Shown here: in pieces, positions 61,706 to 64,000 of the stretch
How the letters are laid out: each line of letters begins with the position of its first letter
How positions within the stretch are numbered: position 1 is the stretch's first letter
Source of the DNA: Alphaproteobacteria bacterium
Lineage (GTDB): Bacteria > Pseudomonadota > Alphaproteobacteria > RF32 > CAG-239
NCBI GenBank assembly: GCA_045644765.1
Contig: JAZRHM010000029.1
Coordinates: 4,972 to 68,971, forward strand
Length of the DNA: 64,000 nt
Direction: 5' to 3'
The notes under the pieces: model-generated
The model's database searches: none
The model's input: only the letters and a program-made list of their open reading frames with translations
What the model was told of the DNA's origin: nothing
Position numbers and translations under genes: made by a program

Positions 61706-62713
61706 ATGACAAAATATGTTTCGTGGATTACGATTAACAGAGCATGTAATTTGCGTTGCAAATGGTGTTATGCTCAATCATCCAAATTTTCCAAACAAGA
61801 CGATATGACTATGGAATGTTTTTTAAAAATTATGAAGGTTATATCTGCTCCTATGGATGTGAAGAAGATTGTTTTTATTGGTGGAGAACCTACAATTCAC
61901 CCAAATTTTATAGAAATGCTTTCTCTTGCTAAAAAAACGATAGAAAAGGTTTCTCTTATAACGAATGGTATTAAATTTAAAGATATTGATTTTACTAAAG
62001 AAGTTAAAAAAGAAGGTTTGACTTGGGTAACTTTGTCATTAAAGGCGCCTAATGACCAGTTGTATAAAGATTGGACCGGTGTTTCAGCCATGTCTGCGGT
62101 CATTCAAGCAATCGCTAATTTAAAAAAAGAAAATATTGGTTTAAGTGTTTCTTTGGTTTTAAGTTCAGAGTTATATCGTTATATTGATGAATTGGCATAT
62201 ATTTTGCATGATTTAAAAATTGATAAGGTCTATATTGATAGTGAGCGACCTGTTTTAATAGGAGATCAGACTGTTTATAAACAAAGTATTAAAGATATTA
62301 CATCTGGTTACCATAAAACGGTAGATGCATTGGAAAAATATAATATTCCTTATATTTTTAAAGCATCCCTACCATTTTGTTTAATCCCTGAAGATTTTGT
62401 GAATAGAATGCGGAAAGATGGTCGGTTGCAGGCAGGTTGCCAAATACTAGCCGGAAATGGATTAATTTTTAATACAAATGGTGATTTACTTGCATGTAAT
62501 CAAATTTGCCAAGATCCATTGGCTCAATTTGATAAGGATTTTAATTCTGCAGAGTCATTGAAATCATTATTGAAATCAGATAATATTGTTAATTTTTATA
62601 AGATGATTGCTTCTTATCCACATGAAAAATGTTCTGGATGTAAGGATTGGAAATATTGTGGTGGTGGATGTCGTGTCAATTGGTTATATAAAAATATGTT
62701 AGATAATGTATAA
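61706..62713 (+). CDS. Radical SAM / SPASM-domain peptide-modifying enzyme
   Basis: CNLRCKWCY (CX3CX2C) at N-terminus, GGEPT, C-terminal CSGCKDWKYCGGGCR SPASM cluster. Confidence 0.8.
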   Translation: MTKYVSWITINRACNLRCKWCYAQSSKFSKQDDMTMECFLKIMKVISAPMDVKKIVFIGGEPTIHPNFIEMLSLAKKTIEKVSLITNGIKFKDIDFTKEVKKEGLTWVTLSLKAPNDQLYKDWTGVSAMSAVIQAIANLKKENIGLSVSLVLSSELYRYIDELAYILHDLKIDKVYIDSERPVLIGDQTVYKQSIKDITSGYHKTVDALEKYNIPYIFKASLPFCLIPEDFVNRMRKDGRLQAGCQILAGNGLIFNTNGDLLACNQICQDPLAQFDKDFNSAESLKSLLKSDNIVNFYKMIASYPHEKCSGCKDWKYCGGGCRVNWLYKNMLDNV

Positions 62714-62856
62714 TATGGATATGGGGCGATCATTGAATGATGGTGAAAAAATTGTTAAATTAAATGCTATAGCGATCATAAATAGATAGTTTATTCCTAT
62801 TGTTATAGTGTTTGTATAACGGATTTCTAGTTATTTTTGTGAAAGGAGGTGATATT

Positions 62857-63021
62857 ATGAGTGCACAAGAATTGTTTAGATTAATGTACAAAGGTCAATC
62901 ATTGAATACTGATGAAAGAATTGTTGGTTTAAATGCTAAATTTAATATCAGTGATGAACAGTGTGGTAATGACTGTGACTGTGGAGACAGTGAATGTAAT
63001 GAATGTAGTGACTGTGGATAA
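62857..63021 (+). CDS. Cys/Asp-rich precursor-like peptide (54 aa; MSAQELFRLMYKGQSLNTDERIVGLNAKFNISDEQCGNDCDCGDSECNECSDCG)
   Basis: GGAGG RBS 6 nt upstream; 8 Cys in last 19 residues; followed by strong terminator. Confidence 0.6.
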   Translation: MSAQELFRLMYKGQSLNTDERIVGLNAKFNISDEQCGNDCDCGDSECNECSDCG

Positions 63022-63030
63022 TTAATACAA

Positions 63031-63066
63031 ATAAAGCGCTGATTTTATCAGCGCTTTATTTTTTTA
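63031..63066 (+). terminator. Terminator after precursor peptide (aaagcgctgattttatcagcgcttt + T-run)
   Basis: Read directly. Confidence 0.7.
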
Positions 63067-63326
63067 TGCTCACGAATGTAACGCTGTTCAGTTAAATCAA
63101 AAAAAGACCACAATAGAAGTAGCTTGGATTTGTGAAATGGCTTGCGCACATTTCATTCCACACTGTTGTTCGGGACCGCCTGGCGGCGTCAGGTTGAATC
63201 TGACGGCATAAAGCCACCATCTTCAACTTCGAACCCAACGCCCACTCTTGCTCGTGACCTGTGGACATCAAATTTCGCTACCCGCTAGCCATAAAAAAAA
63301 CCGCCAAATGGCGGTCCTTTTATGGC

Positions 63327-63505
63327 TGGTCGGATTGACTAGATTATTTCGCTTCGCTACATGCTCGGCGCTCATCGGCTTTGCCGACCGGCACACCCCC
63401 GTGAGCCTTTCGCTTGAAGTGCAAACTAGCTTTCTCGCTAGTTCGAACCTAGATCCGAAAATCAAATAACAAAAAACCTCACCACAAGGGTGAGGTCTTT
63501 ATGTT
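63327..63505. repeat. att-like unit X: TGGTCGG core + GC-rich diverged homolog of U unit, ends with same cctcaccacaagggtgagg hairpin
   Basis: Direct comparison with U1/U2. Confidence 0.6.
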
Positions 63506-63669
63506 TGGTCGGGACTATAGGATTGACTTCGTCGAAACTGCACGGTTGCTTCGCATCGGCATACTTCCGTCTGCCTACCGTTTGTTTTCAAACCTACTTT
63601 TGTATGTTTGAACCCTTAAGCCCGCCTTACAAACAAAAAACCTCACCACAAGGGTGAGGTCTTTATGTT
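63506..63669. repeat. att-like repeat unit U2 (164 bp, 1 mismatch vs U1), abutting tRNA-Pro
   Basis: Direct comparison. Confidence 0.8.
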
Positions 63670-63746
63670 TGGTCGGGACTATAGGATTCGAACCTACGAC
63701 ATCTTGCTCCCAAAGCAAGCGCTCTACCAGGCTGAGCTAAGTCCCG
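63670..63746 (-). tRNA. tRNA-Pro (TGG), CCA encoded
   Basis: Manual cloverleaf of reverse complement: acceptor CGGGACT/AGTCCCG, anticodon loop TTTGGGA, T-loop TTCGAAT. Confidence 0.85.
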
Positions 63747-63784
63747 AAGACAAGACACATACATAAACTATAATTTTTACAAAA

Positions 63785-63979
63785 TCAAGTACTTTTTATT
63801 AAATGTTGAAATTTTCCCAAACTTTCTTCACTTATTCTTATTTTGAAGTGAATATAATCATCTATATTTGCACTTTCCAACACCTGTGAATTGGCGTGAA
63901 TCCAAGCAATTAACTTACCATTTTTAACATCAATATCAGTTTCAAAAGTATTAAATTCTGCAGATAACCTATCATTCAC
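63785..63979 (-). CDS. Hypothetical small protein (64 aa)
   Basis: ORF track only. Confidence 0.25.
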   Translation of the reverse strand: MNDRLSAEFNTFETDIDVKNGKLIAWIHANSQVLESANIDDYIHFKIRISEESLGKFQHLIKST

Positions 63980-64000
63980 TAATTGTAAAAACTTATCTAT

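Noticed and set aside
63248-63469. 73-aa plus-strand and 65-aa minus-strand ORFs in the GC-rich block
   Set aside because: Both strands are open simultaneously in a compositionally foreign GC-rich patch that overlaps att-like repeats; no RBS. Typical non-coding artefact.

Overview
This 64 kb window is AT-rich (roughly 30% GC by eye) and reads as chromosomal DNA from a low-GC Gram-negative bacterium. The organism is most likely a host-associated alphaproteobacterium; no database search was possible.

Evidence for that placement:
- A ChpT-type histidine phosphotransferase is present.
- Ribosomal protein S4 and ThrRS look alphaproteobacterial.
- hfq-hflX, parC, recO, htpG, trmFO and rplKA are all present.

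The housekeeping backbone includes rplK-rplA, rpmG, rpsD, thrS, parC, recO, hfq-hflX, htpG, trmFO, nagZ and nagB-nagA, xth, xerC/D, a Lon-like protease and a pdaD-antiporter pair. Three tRNA genes were found by hand: tRNA-Thr(TGT) and tRNA-Pro(TGG) on the minus strand, and tRNA-Phe(GAA) on the plus strand.

The accessory content falls into six blocks:
1. At 52-6560, a head-to-tail array of eight paralogous genes encoding proteins built from a ~28-residue repeat. Each gene sits in its own near-identical promoter + ~100-nt leader + terminator cassette, and the leader carries an SD-led mini-uORF. The array ends at a KilAC antirepressor-like gene and tRNA-Thr.
2. A giant ~1873-aa protein with a 15x tandem 24-nt (DSVPLQAS) repeat, Gly/Ala-rich hydrophobic helices and three internal ~105-aa repeats.
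3. Two tandem paralogs of unknown function at 50.4-51.7 kb.
4. A prophage-like remnant next to tRNA-Phe: terminase large subunit, a small subunit candidate, and an S24/LexA-like repressor.
5. A PHP + extended Ppx/GppA pair.
6. A tRNA-Pro-associated island (61.15-63.67 kb) with several serial copies of the tRNA-Pro 3' end (att-like direct repeats).

The tRNA-Pro island is the strongest candidate for an undescribed system. It carries a radical-SAM/SPASM maturase next to a 54-aa Cys/Asp-rich precursor-like peptide, which looks like a RiPP cluster. It also carries a GC-rich segment of foreign composition.
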